Notes under the pieces: model-generated
What the model was told of the DNA's origin: nothing
Database searches by the model: none
Seen by the model: the letters and a program-made list of their open reading frames with translations, nothing else
Program-made: the position numbers and the translations under genes
In this document: in pieces, positions 1 through 12,054 of the stretch
How the letters are laid out: each line of letters starts with the position of its first letter
Numbering within the stretch: position 1 is the stretch's first letter
Assembly: GCA_965153355.1 (NCBI GenBank)
Contig: OZ231126.1
Span: 3,162,001 to 3,226,000, forward strand
DNA from: Flaccisagitta enflata
Taxonomy: Eukaryota
DNA: 64,000 bases
Direction of reading: 5' to 3'

Positions 1-15
1 GTTGGGAAGCGGTCA

Positions 16-113
16 TGACGTAAAATACAGAACATGACCAATTGGCCAGAGAAAAGTCATGATTGAGAGAAAGATGGTCCAATGAGCGGAAACAGTTGTT
101 GAATAATTATAAA
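16..113 (+). promoter_or_regulatory. Possible Pol II promoter cluster (CRE-like, two CCAAT boxes, TATA) about 600 bp upstream of the NACHT ATG
   Basis: TGACGTAA at 16-23, CCAAT at 38 and 79, TATAAA at 108; motif order only. Confidence 0.25.
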
Positions 114-712
114 TCCCAGCACCATTAGGATGACTGTTCAGACAAGAAAAGAGAATGAGCACTATTGAAGACAGGATTTTACGTTTCGCTTAAGCATCAG
201 GCACATAAACAAGATACTCTCATACAGATGAGAATACGGTCATAATTGAGAACAAATGTGCGCAGCTTTCATTGACCACGGGAATGGGTGTGCTTGTATG
301 ACAAGCGGATCAATATTCCTCACCATACCCAAACTGTATAAGATGGAAGGGGGCCTCCATGACTAGTTAATACGAGCACCACTTCTGGTTTTCCATAAAA
401 CTGAATCTGAAAAACATTCAGTTTCCATCTAGCCCAAAAGCAAACTGCTTACCAAAAGTAGCAAATGAGTGTTACCTGTTTAACCAAAATTGTTATGTCA
501 CACAGATTTGATAAAACATTTGAACACGGTGAATAAAAAACGATGTTTTTGTGACGACAAACCTGATGGCATATTTTTGCTAATGCTGAAGACCCTGATA
601 GATTTTTCAGTCCACGGTTTGTGCTCTCGGGTCAGCATCAGTTTTGCTACTCGGTCTATGCGATTTTGTATCTAAGATTCCCTTTGCCCTGTAACGGTAA
701 GCCATATTCGAG

Positions 713-3434
713 ATGGAGCCGACAGATCCTAACTCCGCGGTGTTGATGCTGCCAGCGGATCACTTTCCATTTGGAGAAGACTGCAAACTATCGCGCTTGT
801 TCCAATCGGTCCTTTTCCATCATGATGTTCAACCCAAGGTTGTGGATATCTTGCAAGAGCAGGAAATCTTTTCACTTCAGGAGATACGTCTCGCCGACCC
901 GGATGGCAATCAGGAGAGCCAGAATCTTTTTCAGGAGATTGCAAATCAAGTTTCTTCTCCCGTGCGTTGTCTCAGATTGAAGAAAGCCTTCCGTCGAATG
1001 CTCCGTCCGGATCCATTGGCGGCCATCAATGACTTGCCGTCTGTCGCTGGCCATACTTCCTCTGCTGTGAATGCTATTACCACGGGCGCCACTGCCATCG
1101 GTGATGCCACTTCCACTAATTTGGCATCTGAGAGGGTGGCAAACAACATGAATGTTACGGTCAAGGAGTCAACTGTTCAAGAGCAGATTAATGCAAGCAC
1201 AGTCATTAAAAATGTAAATGTGACAGATAGCACCAAGGAACTTGGGAAAGATGATTTGAATGAATTAGAAAAAGAATTTCGAGAATATCTGAAAGAAAAC
1301 ATTAAAAATCATCATGGAGAAATCTCCATTCCGGCTTCCAAACAACGAGCAAAGTTGAGTGAAGCTGTTCTTAATTTGAAAGTAAAACTAAAGAGAGAAG
1401 CCGAGGAACCGCATTTTGTCCAAGAGACGAATGTATCAAACGAATCAGAATTCGCTCAAAATTCTGATTCTGATTCTGATTCTGATTATTTCGATTATTT
1501 TCATTTATTTTCTGATTCTGATTCTGATTCTGAGTCAGAGATGCAAGGTGCAAATTCTGAATCGGTGCCAGATACTGAAACCGACATGCCATATCAACTA
1601 TCAGCATACACACCAGATGAGGACCTTGATGAAGAGAGTTCTGATGATTTTCAGGAGCCAGTTGAGTTCATTGAAATATGTTCCACCATTGAAAGTGGTA
1701 ATAGGCTTGTGATAATAACAGCTCCCGGAGGAAGAGGAAAAACCACAATTGCCAAGAAGATAATGTGGTGTTGGGGAAATGATACCTACTTTCAACTCCA
1801 AGGCTTTTCCATGGTCATTTGGATCGATGCAAAGTACATTGACAATGATAGCAACCTCTTTGAAAATTTTGTGAAGCAATACAACTTCATCGAGGGAAAA
1901 TTTTCACCATCTAAATGGAAGAATTTACCCGAAGTGATCCGACAAATTCAAGAGCGAATCGTTTGGATGGTGGATGGCCTCGATGAAAGCGCAAATCATT
2001 CACTAATGGAAACATTCATCAAAAAAGAGATTGGCCGCTATGAGAAAAGTTCATTTATCTTTTTGACAAGAGAGGAGGGAAAAGAAATCCTGGGGCCAAT
2101 TGCTAATCGCGCGGTTGAATTTACTCTCTGCAATCTTGATGAAAACCTATGCCAGGAGTTCATCAAAGTGTACCCTTTCTCAGAGAACAAATTTGAGAAA
2201 ACAGAAGAATTATCATCTCAGTTACAAATCAATGTGGCGCTCAAGTCAATGTTTTCTGTCCCAATCAACGCTGCTATGATTTGCCGTCTGTTTGATGATA
2301 AGGGATTTGACGGTAATATCAAGGATGAATTGGACATCATTGGAAAAAATCTCGCAATGAACATCAAAGCCGCTCAGTTCAAGCAAATTGAAGGACAACT
2401 GGCTAAGGATTATGTCTCCGCACAGGAAAAAGAGCGTCTGGATTTGAAAAAACGAAAGCTACTTGAAACCCCGATTGATGAAGTGCAAAAGAAAAATAAG
2501 GAGACACTAATTAAGTTAGGACATGCAATTTACAAATGCAATGGCAACTCAGTGATAGGGTTTACCAATTTGAAGGAATGGATAATTGAGGAAGCATTAC
2601 AGGACCTTAATGTGACTGAGGAGGATAGGTCTCTCATATTAAGATTGGATATTTTTGAGAAAATACTTGACGGGGATCAAACGATGCTGCGTTTTTACCA
2701 TCGAAACATCCGCGAGTACCTGGTCAGTTTGTTCATTATCAGCGTCACAGACAGAGACTTGGTCCTACCAAGAGAAACAGGCTGCTCAAGCGCCATTAGA
2801 AAAATTGGAAAGATTGCCCTGTGTGGGATCATCAGTCATCGGTCCCTCCGTCACTACCCAGAAGGAAAACTGCAAGATGCTCATCTCGCCATTTTTAAAT
2901 GCGCAGCGGCGCAATTATTCAGTAGTTCAGACCTTGACAGCAAATTCGTGATAGGTCAGCTTTGCAAAATTGTCAAACATATTTTCGAAAGCTGCAAAGA
3001 GGCTGATCAATGGCGACTTTTGGAAATCATCTTTGAAGCGATTTATTATGCAACGCAAAGGCCAGAAATGAAGGATGATCTTCAGACTCTTTTGCTTTAT
3101 GTTATCAAAGTTGCCAAGAAGCAATCATTTCCAATCAATCCAAATTGGGCTGATGCCATCAACAAAGGCATCCTTGATGCTATTGTGACTCATGCCAAAG
3201 ATCTCGAAAACTATGGCTGCCAAAGCTGCATATCTCTGGCGGTATTCGGCAAACGGATGAGATCGCTGTTTCAGCGGGAAAGGACGTCAATGTACAACTG
3301 GCCTGAAAATCAACCAGTTGTTATCATTCCGTTTGTGGCAAAGACCGATGAATACATTGTCATAAATCTCCCTGGAGAACCTGGAGCCAAACATGTTACC
3401 CAAGGGTTCAAATCTTTATTTTTGAAAAAAAATG
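713..3434 (+). CDS. NACHT-domain NTPase (NLR/STAND-like), exon 1: SAM-like N-terminus, acidic Ser-Asp linker, NACHT and helical domains
   Basis: Walker A (ITAPGGRGKTT), Walker B (VWMVDGLDES), sensor-1-like FIFLTR, PINAAMIC and the winged-helix FYHRNIREYL motif. Donor AATG|GTATGC at 3434/3435 (phase 1). The 1108-aa ORF in the track reads through a 321-nt intron (3435-3755) that contains a T/C-rich tract and a HINE. Confidence 0.9.
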
Positions 3435-3552
3435 GTATGCTATATTATGCTCTTTCTCTCTTTTATTCTTTCTTTCTTTCATTCCTCTTTCTTTCTTTCT
3501 TTCTTTCTTTCTTTATTTCTTTCTTTCTTTCTCTCATTCTTTCTTTCTTTTT

Positions 3553-3696
3553 AGTTGCGGACACGCAACTCTATAAGAGCCTTCGTCCGTCCGTCCGTCG
3601 GTCCGTTGGTGTGCACGAGTCGAAAAGTGTGAAAACGCGCGTTTCCGCCCCTGCCCACCCATCCGCAACTGGTATAGCCTTGTATCCGGCCTTGTT
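3553..3696 (+). mobile_element. Short Helentron-type HINE/DINE-1-like element in intron 1 of the NACHT gene
   Basis: Starts after a T-run with palindrome AGTTGCGGACACGCAACT, then a (GTCC)n microsatellite and subterminal inverted copy TCCGCAACT. Ends ...GTATCCGGCCTTGTT. No TSD beyond flanking Ts. Confidence 0.75.
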
Positions 3697-3755
3697 ATTC
3701 TTCATATTCACAAGGACTTTCATTGTCAAATTTTATGTTTCTGTGTTTTTTTCAG

Positions 3756-3967
3756 ATACTGTTACCTCTCCAATACCTCTTCAATACCGTCAAATGGATT
3801 TTCAATCCAGATTTGGAGATGGATATGAAGTGATCGCCGAATGCATAGATGGAAACATTTTTGTCTGGGGCGGCATCAGTGCTATAGAGACTCATATGAC
3901 GCAGAGCCAGATCGGACGAGCAATTTCCAGTCACACCTTTCTAAGGGCTGTTGCGATTTTTTTTCAC
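3756..3967 (+). CDS. NACHT gene exon 2, carrying the first Kelch blade (GNIFVWGG); 3' boundary uncertain
   Basis: Acceptor TTTTTTTCAG|AT at 3755/3756 is in phase with exon 1 and translates DTVTSPIPLQY...ECIDGNIFVWGG. Possible donor CAC|GTATGT at 3967, but coding-like sequence may end near 3928. Confidence 0.7.
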
Positions 3968-6218
3968 GTATGTGATCATTTCATGAGTGTGGTCACATAT
4001 CATATTAATGCTATCTCATACCTCGATAGTCAAAAATGAGTTACAGGCTCGAGTAAAGTCGTTTTGTGGGTGAAAATCGCTAAGAAAATGGCCCTAAACG
4101 AAGGAAATTGAGTTCCCTAGCCTGTTTCATCAATGAAGATGTTGAAACAATCTGACAAAACCAACGCTTCCAGTATGAAAACAATGGAACGTATAGCTAA
4201 TCCTGGGTTTATTTTCACTACAAAAAAAATCTGGCGGCTTCCGGGGTGAAAGTGTGCGCATAAAAAGAATTATGAAGTGAAGATGTCATGGTGACCTTCA
4301 GAAATTGATTATTAGTACAATTTTTGTAATATTACTTAAAGAAGCTATCAAACAAGCAACGAGTGGGGATTTTTTAGTAGAATTAGTATGAATATGAGTC
4401 ATAGAGCATTGTTGCTCAGATTTGACCAATGGGGAGCTTTTTTTATATGCTAAATCGATTTTCAGAGTGAGGTTCTCACTCTTTTTCAAGATCTCGAAAA
4501 TATTATTTTCGTTTTTGAGAATTAAGAATAACAAAAATAAAGAAAAAACTAACAATTCTAAGAACATACCGGCCTTTGTATGATAAATAGCTAGCCCGGT
4601 ATGTTTTTGTTTTTTTCATTTTTTCATTTTTTATGCAAATTCTTAATTCTCAGTGAATTAACTATGTCATCTTTTTTCTTCTTTTTTTCTTCGGATTTTC
4701 CTTGAAATCAGTGAAGATTGCCAGACGAAAGACAAACACATCGGGTTCAACCTTAGTTGTAGGGGAGCAAGTAGGGACATTATCAGGGCTGGACATGGGT
4801 CATTTTCAAAAAAAAAGTACATTGGGCAGGGGCAGTAGCATGTTCTAGCAGAGGCAGAAATAAGCGGAATTTATTGATTTTACCAACCCCCTAAAGAAAT
4901 GTGTCAACAGAGCACAAACACAGAATTATAAACAACATGTACCCTTTGCAGATATGTATGAATGTATGAATGAATGATTGCATGAATGAATAAATGAATG
5001 AATGAATAAATGAATGAATGAATGAATGAATGAATAACTGAAAGACTGGCCGGATGAATGAATGAATGAATGATTGATTGGATCGATCAATCAACACAAG
5101 AAGGCACGAGAAGCAGGAGAGAACTTGATGGAGCGTGCGGGTGGGCACGTGCGTGCGTGCGGCTGGGCAGGGTTAGAGATAAGAGACTAACCAAAGTATT
5201 TGGGCAGGAGCGGTTACTCGAAACCTCCAATATTAGCTGAAAAAGCAAACGGGGATTGCTGCCCAAAAACCTATCGACCAACTGACCGACGGCGTTTTGA
5301 GCTCTGAGTTCACTGCGCCATTCCAAATTCCCAAATGATCCTCTTTCACTGCCCATCCGCACGTGACTTGGGTAGCCGTGTATCTGGCCTTGTTTTAAAT
5401 TCCAACAAACAAAAACTCTTCTAAGGCAGAGATTATTCTCTTAGCGGATTTTACTCCTGCTTAGTGCTTTTAGTTGAGTTAGTTGGTCAGTCTGTCGGTT
5501 GGTAACACGCGTTTTTCGCATTACCGCTCCAGGCCAAATGCTTGGTTACTTTTTTTAATCACTGTCCCTGCCCACCCCCACATTACTTTGGTAGCCATGT
5601 ATCCGACCTTTTTTTTGTTGGGGACATGCAACTCTACATTTTGCTGTGTCGGTCGGTAGGTAGTAGGTTGGTCTGTCCGTCACATTTCTGAATTGTGAGT
5701 GGTTTTGCATTACTGCCTATGCCCAACTGTCCGCTACTGTCTTGCCTCTTTGTCAACATTTTGGACAATGAGGTATACTCTTGATTAAATGAGTGAATGA
5801 AATTAGATGAATGAATTTTACAAAACCCTCGAACAAATCAATGCATGACTGTAAATATGATTAAATGAATGAATGAATGAATGAATGAATGAATGTATAA
5901 ATGAATGAATGAATGAATGAATGAATGAATGAATGAATGAATGAATGAATGAATGAATGAATGAATGATCAAAAGAACGACTTATATGATGACAAATATG
6001 AAAGAACTGGGAACATGTAATCATGTTATATACGATACGGTTTTCATGGCCAGAATAAGAAAATTATGACATGACGAAGGATACTATTGAAAAATGAATT
6101 CATAGGTGAACAAATTGAAAAAAAAATAAATGAATAAGAAAGTAAATAAGTGAATGAATAAATGAACAAACAAATAAATGAAATATGAATAAATGATACA
6201 AATGATATTTCATTGCTC

Positions 6219-6431
6219 TAAGGCCTTGCGGGTTTGACCGTGAGAAGGCCGAGGCTCGGTTTTCAGGCCAAACCCGAAATTCGGTTTTACCTTCAGACCC
6301 GACTTTGTTTTCAAAGATATTTTGCTTTTATATTATTCTTTCAATCTGACTCATCAAATCTTTTTTTTCTTCTCACCATTATGAAAATAGCATGCATGAA
6401 TGTGTAGGTTTATGTGTGTGTAAGTGTGTGT

Positions 6432-6476
<45 letters not shown>

Positions 6477-6532
6477 TATGTGTTTGTGTGTATGTATGTT
6501 TGTGTGTATGTATGTTTGTGTGTATGTATATA

Positions 6533-6607
<75 letters not shown>

Positions 6608-6961
6608 CAAGCACCGGCAGTCTCTGCCTCTGATGATGTTTCCCAAAGTGGATTCAAAAATTTAGGAAAACTTCTGTTCTGCATTTGCACTGTATGCTCC
6701 ATCATGAAATCGCAAGTTTTTGTATTATTCTCAGTGTTGTCTCAGTGTATTTGTGTCTGTATGTGTTTATGTATGCGTTTGTTTCTTTCCTTTTTATTCT
6801 CAATTTTTCTCCTATTTTTCATCTCTCTGGCCAATAACCAAACATCTTTTTGTTACTATATTTACTTTTTAAATAAACCCGTCATAAACCCGAAGAAAGG
6901 TTTTGAGGTATTCCGAACCCGAACCGAAACCGCGGGAAAAAACGCCATACGCAAGGCCTTA
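6219..6961. mobile_element. hAT-type non-autonomous element containing a (TG)n microsatellite
   Basis: TIR TAAGGCCTTGCG...CGCAAGGCCTTA, flanked by 8-bp TSD CATTGCTC (6211-6218 and 6962-6969). Confidence 0.85.
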
Positions 6962-7343
6962 CATTGCTCTGGAACAAAAAAAAAACAAATATAAAAGGTT
7001 TGCTTGGTTTGGATGAAAGAAAACCGTAAACTTGCATGTTTGAATGCTTTTCATGATTAAATGAGTGAATGAATTTATATAAAATAGACAAATATTACTC
7101 TAATGCCATATCACAACAATAGGGTAGCAAAAATCAATTGAAAAACAACTCATTGTGAATAAAATTAATGAATTTCTCCTAATAGTTTATTTTTCCTTAT
7201 TCAATTAGTTTTTTTGCAATAAATAGCTAAAAAATCAATATTTTGCATTGATTTTTTTGCAATGTGCTCAATATACAATGCCTAATGCTAACCAAAAGTT
7301 GAATAGCTTAAAATTAATAATCTATTTTTTGACCTATACGACT

Positions 7344-8282
7344 GGGACCTGCATGGCTGATCTTGCTCCGTGTCATATTTACAATGTCAGAGAGAAATCT
7401 TGGAAAACCATCCAAGCAACAGGTGACGTTCATCCCGGTTATAAATATGCCGCGAGTGTTGAGCTGAATCGTCTCATTTACCTATTTGGCGGTTGGGAAA
7501 GCTATTCTATTAACGGTTGGAAGGCTGTAAATTGCCTTTCGAGTCTCTCTGTCACTGGGGAATTCCGCCGAGTCCCCGTCAAGGATGACTCGTTGCCGTA
7601 TCCGCGGCATAAGTCAGTCGGTTGGACTTATAATGGCAATCTCTATTTCGCGTTTGGGGGATCTGGAGGGGACCAGCCAAAGCTTGAATTTATCAAAGGC
7701 GGGGCCTGGACCAGTGGAGATGGCGAAGGTTTTACGAATGAGGTTTTGAAATTTGATTTGAGAGAAAAGTCCTTTTCCTTTTTGGCGACAAAAGGACCTT
7801 CACCTGCACCTCGCGAGGATTGCGGATTCGCAAAGCTGCCGACGAAAGTTTTCATTCATGGTGGTGGCGATAGATATCGTTGTTTGCGTGACTTTTTTGT
7901 GTTAGACTTGCTATCCAATGAATGGACGGAATTGAAAGACTATGGTCTCCCTTCCGCCAAACGAGGGCAATCATTGATAGCATTAGGTCCGCGGCAAATC
8001 ATGCTTATGGGAGGATCTGAGTCGATTAATGGGAGATATCCGTCAAATGCAGTTAAGATCTACGATGTGGCTACTGAGACCTGGAAGGAAGATCAAACGC
8101 TGCCGGTTGAAGTCTGTGGCGAGCAAGGAGGATTGGCTTGGCATAATTCAGTCGCGGTTAAAGAAAATAAGCGGGTCACCAAAGTTATAACCTTTGGAGG
8201 CTATATCAGGGGATATAAATACAACACGGGCAAATACTCGTCCCATCTCCTAGAATTTGACGTAGAAGCCGCACGCCAGTAA
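7344..8282 (+). CDS. Kelch beta-propeller (KLHDC1/2-like), probably the terminal exon of the NACHT gene; 5' boundary uncertain
   Basis: Five Kelch GG motifs (IYLFGG, YFAFGG, VFIHGG, IMLMGG, VITFGG) plus W-containing blade ends. IYNVREKSWKTIQATGDVHP, SVGWTYNGNLYFAFGG and GPSPAPREDCG recall KLHDC2. Stop TAA at 8280-8282. Confidence 0.85.
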   Translation, partial: GTCMADLAPCHIYNVREKSWKTIQATGDVHPGYKYAASVELNRLIYLFGGWESYSINGWKAVNCLSSLSVTGEFRRVPVKDDSLPYPRHKSVGWTYNGNLYFAFGGSGGDQPKLEFIKGGAWTSGDGEGFTNEVLKFDLREKSFSFLATKGPSPAPREDCGFAKLPTKVFIHGGGDRYRCLRDFFVLDLLSNEWTELKDYGLPSAKRGQSLIALGPRQIMLMGGSESINGRYPSNAVKIYDVATETWKEDQTLPVEVCGEQGGLAWHNSVAVKENKRVTKVITFGGYIRGYKYNTGKYSSHLLEFDVEAARQ

Positions 8283-8285
8283 CTA

Positions 8286-9015
8286 CACCGTCTTTAAATC
8301 GAAATGGCAAATAGTAATCCTTCGTAACTCCAAAACTACTGGCCCAAAAGCCTTTAAATTTTCAGTGAATGTTGGTAACAACTGATCATTTTGTCATGCC
8401 AAAACTCAGATTTTATAAATAAATAGTTTGGGGTCTGTAAAACACTCGGAATATGCCTAATTTTTAGGGCTGAATCTTTTTTTCTTGCTTAATTTGAAAA
8501 GACTTGTCTTTATCAATAAACAGATGTCAAACAAATTAAGCTAGAACTCCGGGGTTGGTCTCAAACGATAGGAAATTTTTCAGAGATTACACTTTTACCA
8601 AAAAAATTGAAAAAAGTTGGAGATATTTTGAGGTTATCATTGGTTTTTGACACTCTTTGCTAAAATCCAGACTGTCAATCATTTGAAGATCATTTAAATC
8701 TTTCTAGATACAATAAATCAATGAAATTTTAAAGCAGAACTTACATTCATAATTTGTTCAAGCTTGCTTAATCAGGAAAAAAGCTATAAAAAAAACATTT
8801 TTCTAAGTATAACTGGGACAACTGGTTTTTTTCCATAAAATTGATAGTTTTTCAATAATTTAATGACCTCCAAACGATTCAGTATTAAAATCTAAGTTTG
8901 GACATGACAAAATGGTTAGCTGTTACCAACATTCACTGAAAATTTGAAGGCTTTTGAGCTAGTAGTTTTCTAGCTACAAAGGTTTACCATTTGCCATTTC
9001 GATTTAAAGACTGTG
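8286..9015. mobile_element. MITE with long TIRs and TA TSD (Tc1/mariner-like), inserted 3 bp after the Kelch stop codon
   Basis: CACCGTCTTTAAATCGAAATGGCAAA...TTTGCCATTTCGATTTAAAGACTGTG, TA on both sides; imperfect TIR extends over 100 bp. Confidence 0.85.
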
Positions 9016-9108
9016 TAAGTGATAGATAGTTTGAGCTCTGGATTTAGAGGCTATACTTTTTTCAAAAAGAAATCTTTGAAAACTACTAAACCACATCTTT
9101 CTGAAATA

Positions 9109-9697
9109 CAGGGTGTATCATGCCAAATTAGATATAAGAAAACGATGGCATTCTGCTTCTAAAAGTGCAAAAATAGATCTGAAAAAAGATTCAAAGAGCA
9201 TACAAGCTTCGGTTTTTTGTGTAAAAGTTCTATGAGTTTGGGTCAAATATTCTAGCCACAACATTAATTTGAAGTGAACTGAGCATTTTGAGGAGAAGCT
9301 TTTTGGATATGATTGTGATGCTGAAAGTTTTTCTTTGAGTTGCTCTCATTTCTAAACAGCTTGAGTCACATTTGCCAGATTGGTCTCAAATTAAAGAAAA
9401 TTTGATAAGCTTTAATTTGGGACCAATCTGGCATCTGTAACTTAAGTTGTTTAGAAATGAGAGCAATTCAAAAAAAAACTTTCAGAATCAAAATCATGTT
9501 CAAAGTGCTTCTCCTCTAAATGCTCAATTTATTTCAAATTGATATTGTGGCTACAATATTTAACCCAGACCCATGAAATTTTTACACAAAAAACCGGAGC
9601 TCATATGCTCTTTGAATCTTTTTTCAAAATTATTTTTGCATTTTTAGAAGCAGAATGCCAACGTTTTTTTATATCTAATTTGGCATGATACACCCTG
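9109..9697. mobile_element. Palindromic (foldback) MITE, TA TSD, Tc1/mariner-like
   Basis: CAGGGTGTATCATGCCAAATTAGATATAA...TTATATCTAATTTGGCATGATACACCCTG. The two arms are reverse complements up to a centre near 9400. Confidence 0.9.
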
Positions 9698-11120
9698 TAT
9701 AAAAAAATATCATTTTTAAAAAAAGTCTTTACACAATTCGACAATTCAAGAGGATGACCCAGTAAGACCGTCTTTAGATTGGATTGAAAGATTGCTAACC
9801 TTTATAGCTTGTAAAGTACTGTGTACCCGGCCTCGTTCCTCAGAATTGTTCCTCGAAAACACTAAAATGTACTTTTAAGGATTACAATTTTGTTTTCACT
9901 CTTTTCAAATTTTTTGTGAAAAAGCCGTTCAATTGATAAGCTGAACTTTATAGGTTTTTTAGGTGCCGCAAAGCACCTCTATAACTGGCTGTGTCCGTCT
10001 GTCTGTCGGTCGGTCTGTCGGTCGGTAACGCATTCGTTTGACGATCTATACGTCGCACCTATTGGCCTACTTGGCCTTGTTTTAGATAAAACACTTCTCA
10101 TTGAAATATTTGTAATATCTTGCTGCTTTACAAATGATAACCGCCAACGTGACTAAGGACAAGGCCAACACTTATAAGTCGCATGCGTGACATAGATAAC
10201 TCAGGACGACTTGAATTGACTTTTAAAGACTCAAGATGTCTTAAAATGACTCAAAAAGACATAAAATGACGTAAAGTGACATAATGACAAAGGTAATTGA
10301 CCTTATTGACTTAAGTGACTTAATATAACCTAAAATGACTGAAATTGACTTAGAATGAATTAGAATGACTTCAAATTACTCAGAATGAATAAAAATGACC
10401 TACCAATAAAGGCAGTAAACCCCCGTAGGAAAAAAGTCGTAAATGCTAAGAACAAGGTCATTAAACCTAAGTCGCATGCGTCGGCACTTTCAAAACAAGG
10501 CCGGATACACGGCAAATACCAGTCGTGGACGGGTGGGCAGAGGCGGAAATGCGTGTTTTCCCACTTTTTGACTCGAGCGTGACAGACCGACCGACCAACC
10601 GACCAACCAACCAACCGACGGACGGACGGACGGACAGAGCCTCTTATAGCGTCGCTAGTCCGCGACTAAAAAGTCAGGCAGACAGACAGACTAAGATTTT
10701 TTTTTCAAAAAGACATTTGGAATGACCATTTACTCCACAAAGTTTCTTTTCTACCATTCAGTGACATAAAAACGCTTTAAAAAAAGTTTTGTGACAAATC
10801 TTCAGTCTGTCCGATCGTTTCTAGTTGAAAAGTGTGAACACGCGCTGAGATGGTTTGAGTACGCGTGAGAGTGTGCGTGTGTGTGGGGGGGATGGGCGCA
10901 GATATAACCCCGGGTTACTTGTTCTTAACATGCCTGGTTTGCTCGCTCTCCATAGTGGCACACTTCCCCAATTCGATGGCTTCAGTCCTTTTGAATATGT
11001 TCTAATCGGGTAGGTCAAGATCCTACAGTTGTTTTGATCAGCATCTTGGCATAATATTACATCAATGCCATCATATCGCTCGTTTGACCATTGCTAGGGA
11101 GCGTATCCCTGTGTGACAAC

Positions 11121-11441
11121 CAGGCCTGTATATTATTGAGTTTCCCCCCCCCCCCCCCGTGGGGGGGGAAATCAAAGGGTCTGGAGATGGGGAAGAAAAT
11201 CAAAGAGGGAAAAAAGAGAAAAAAAGTAAATTTGGGGAAAATATAACTTTTGACAGTACCAAATCATAAAAACTAGTTAGTAAAACACAATTTAACACTT
11301 TTTAATCCTTAACTACACTGTTTTATAGCTTTATGGGGAAGAAAACCACAGATTTTAAAACGCGACGTGTTGCGTCGCGGGCAAGAAAATCAAAGGCAGG
11401 GGGGGAAAAAATCAAAAGCGACTCAATTATATACACCCCTG
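11121..11441. mobile_element. hAT-type MITE
   Basis: Imperfect TIR CAGGCCTGTATATTATTGAGT / ACTCAATTATATACACCCCTG; 8-bp TSD GTGACAAC (11113-11120 and 11442-11449). Confidence 0.85.
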
Positions 11442-11481
11442 GTGACAACCCCAAGCAACCGCTAAAAAAGCGACATTCTTA

Positions 11482-12054
11482 CACACCATTGTCTCAGCAA
11501 CACTTTGGATGTGCCTCATTATTACTCTGGGTTTTTTTTATGGATTTGTATGGTAAACGGCATTGCTAAACAAGACCTGAACAGTAGAAATCTTCATTTT
11601 TTTCATTTTTCACCCATGTTCAAACTTGTAGATTGTGCAGAGTCACTAGGATCCTGATAGAATTCCCTTTCATTTGATAGGTCGCACTATATAGTTTTAA
11701 AAAAGATTAGAATTTTCATTTTTGATGTTACCATTACAAACCTTAACGTTGGCATGAAAAACAAAAATTTTATCCCTGATTGAAAATATATCGTGTGACC
11801 TATCTGAGGAAAGGAAATTTCATCAGGCCAGGATTAACACTAAGCAAATAAAAATGTAGTCCAAGTAACTCAGCAGAATCTATATGCTAAAATATGGTTG
11901 AAAATTTACACAATTAGAAATTTCTCATAAACCGCCCCTTAAAATATTTTCTACTGCCCAGGTCATGTTTAGTATTGTCATAGACCGTACAAATCCACAA
12001 AAAAAAACAGAGTAATGTGGAGGCACACCAAAAGTGTCTCTGAGACAATGGTGT
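11482..12054. mobile_element. MITE with about 120-bp imperfect TIRs
   Basis: ACACCATTGTCTCAG...CTGAGACAATGGTGT inverted arms, TA at the ends. Confidence 0.75.

Noticed and set aside
165-205. Hammerhead-ribozyme-like string on the minus strand (CTGATG...CGAAAC...GTC)
   Set aside because: Core lacks the conserved A of CUGANGA, and stems I and III do not pair convincingly.
3435-3755. Hydrophobic 'transmembrane' segment in the 1108-aa ORF
   Set aside because: It is read-through of a 321-nt GT-AG intron made of a T/C-rich tract and a HINE.
6354-6994. HTHT/CVCV, ERER/SLSL, poly-I and poly-L/C ORFs (here and at about 34300, 48300, 49200, 51100, 59600, 61900)
   Set aside because: Microsatellite translations.
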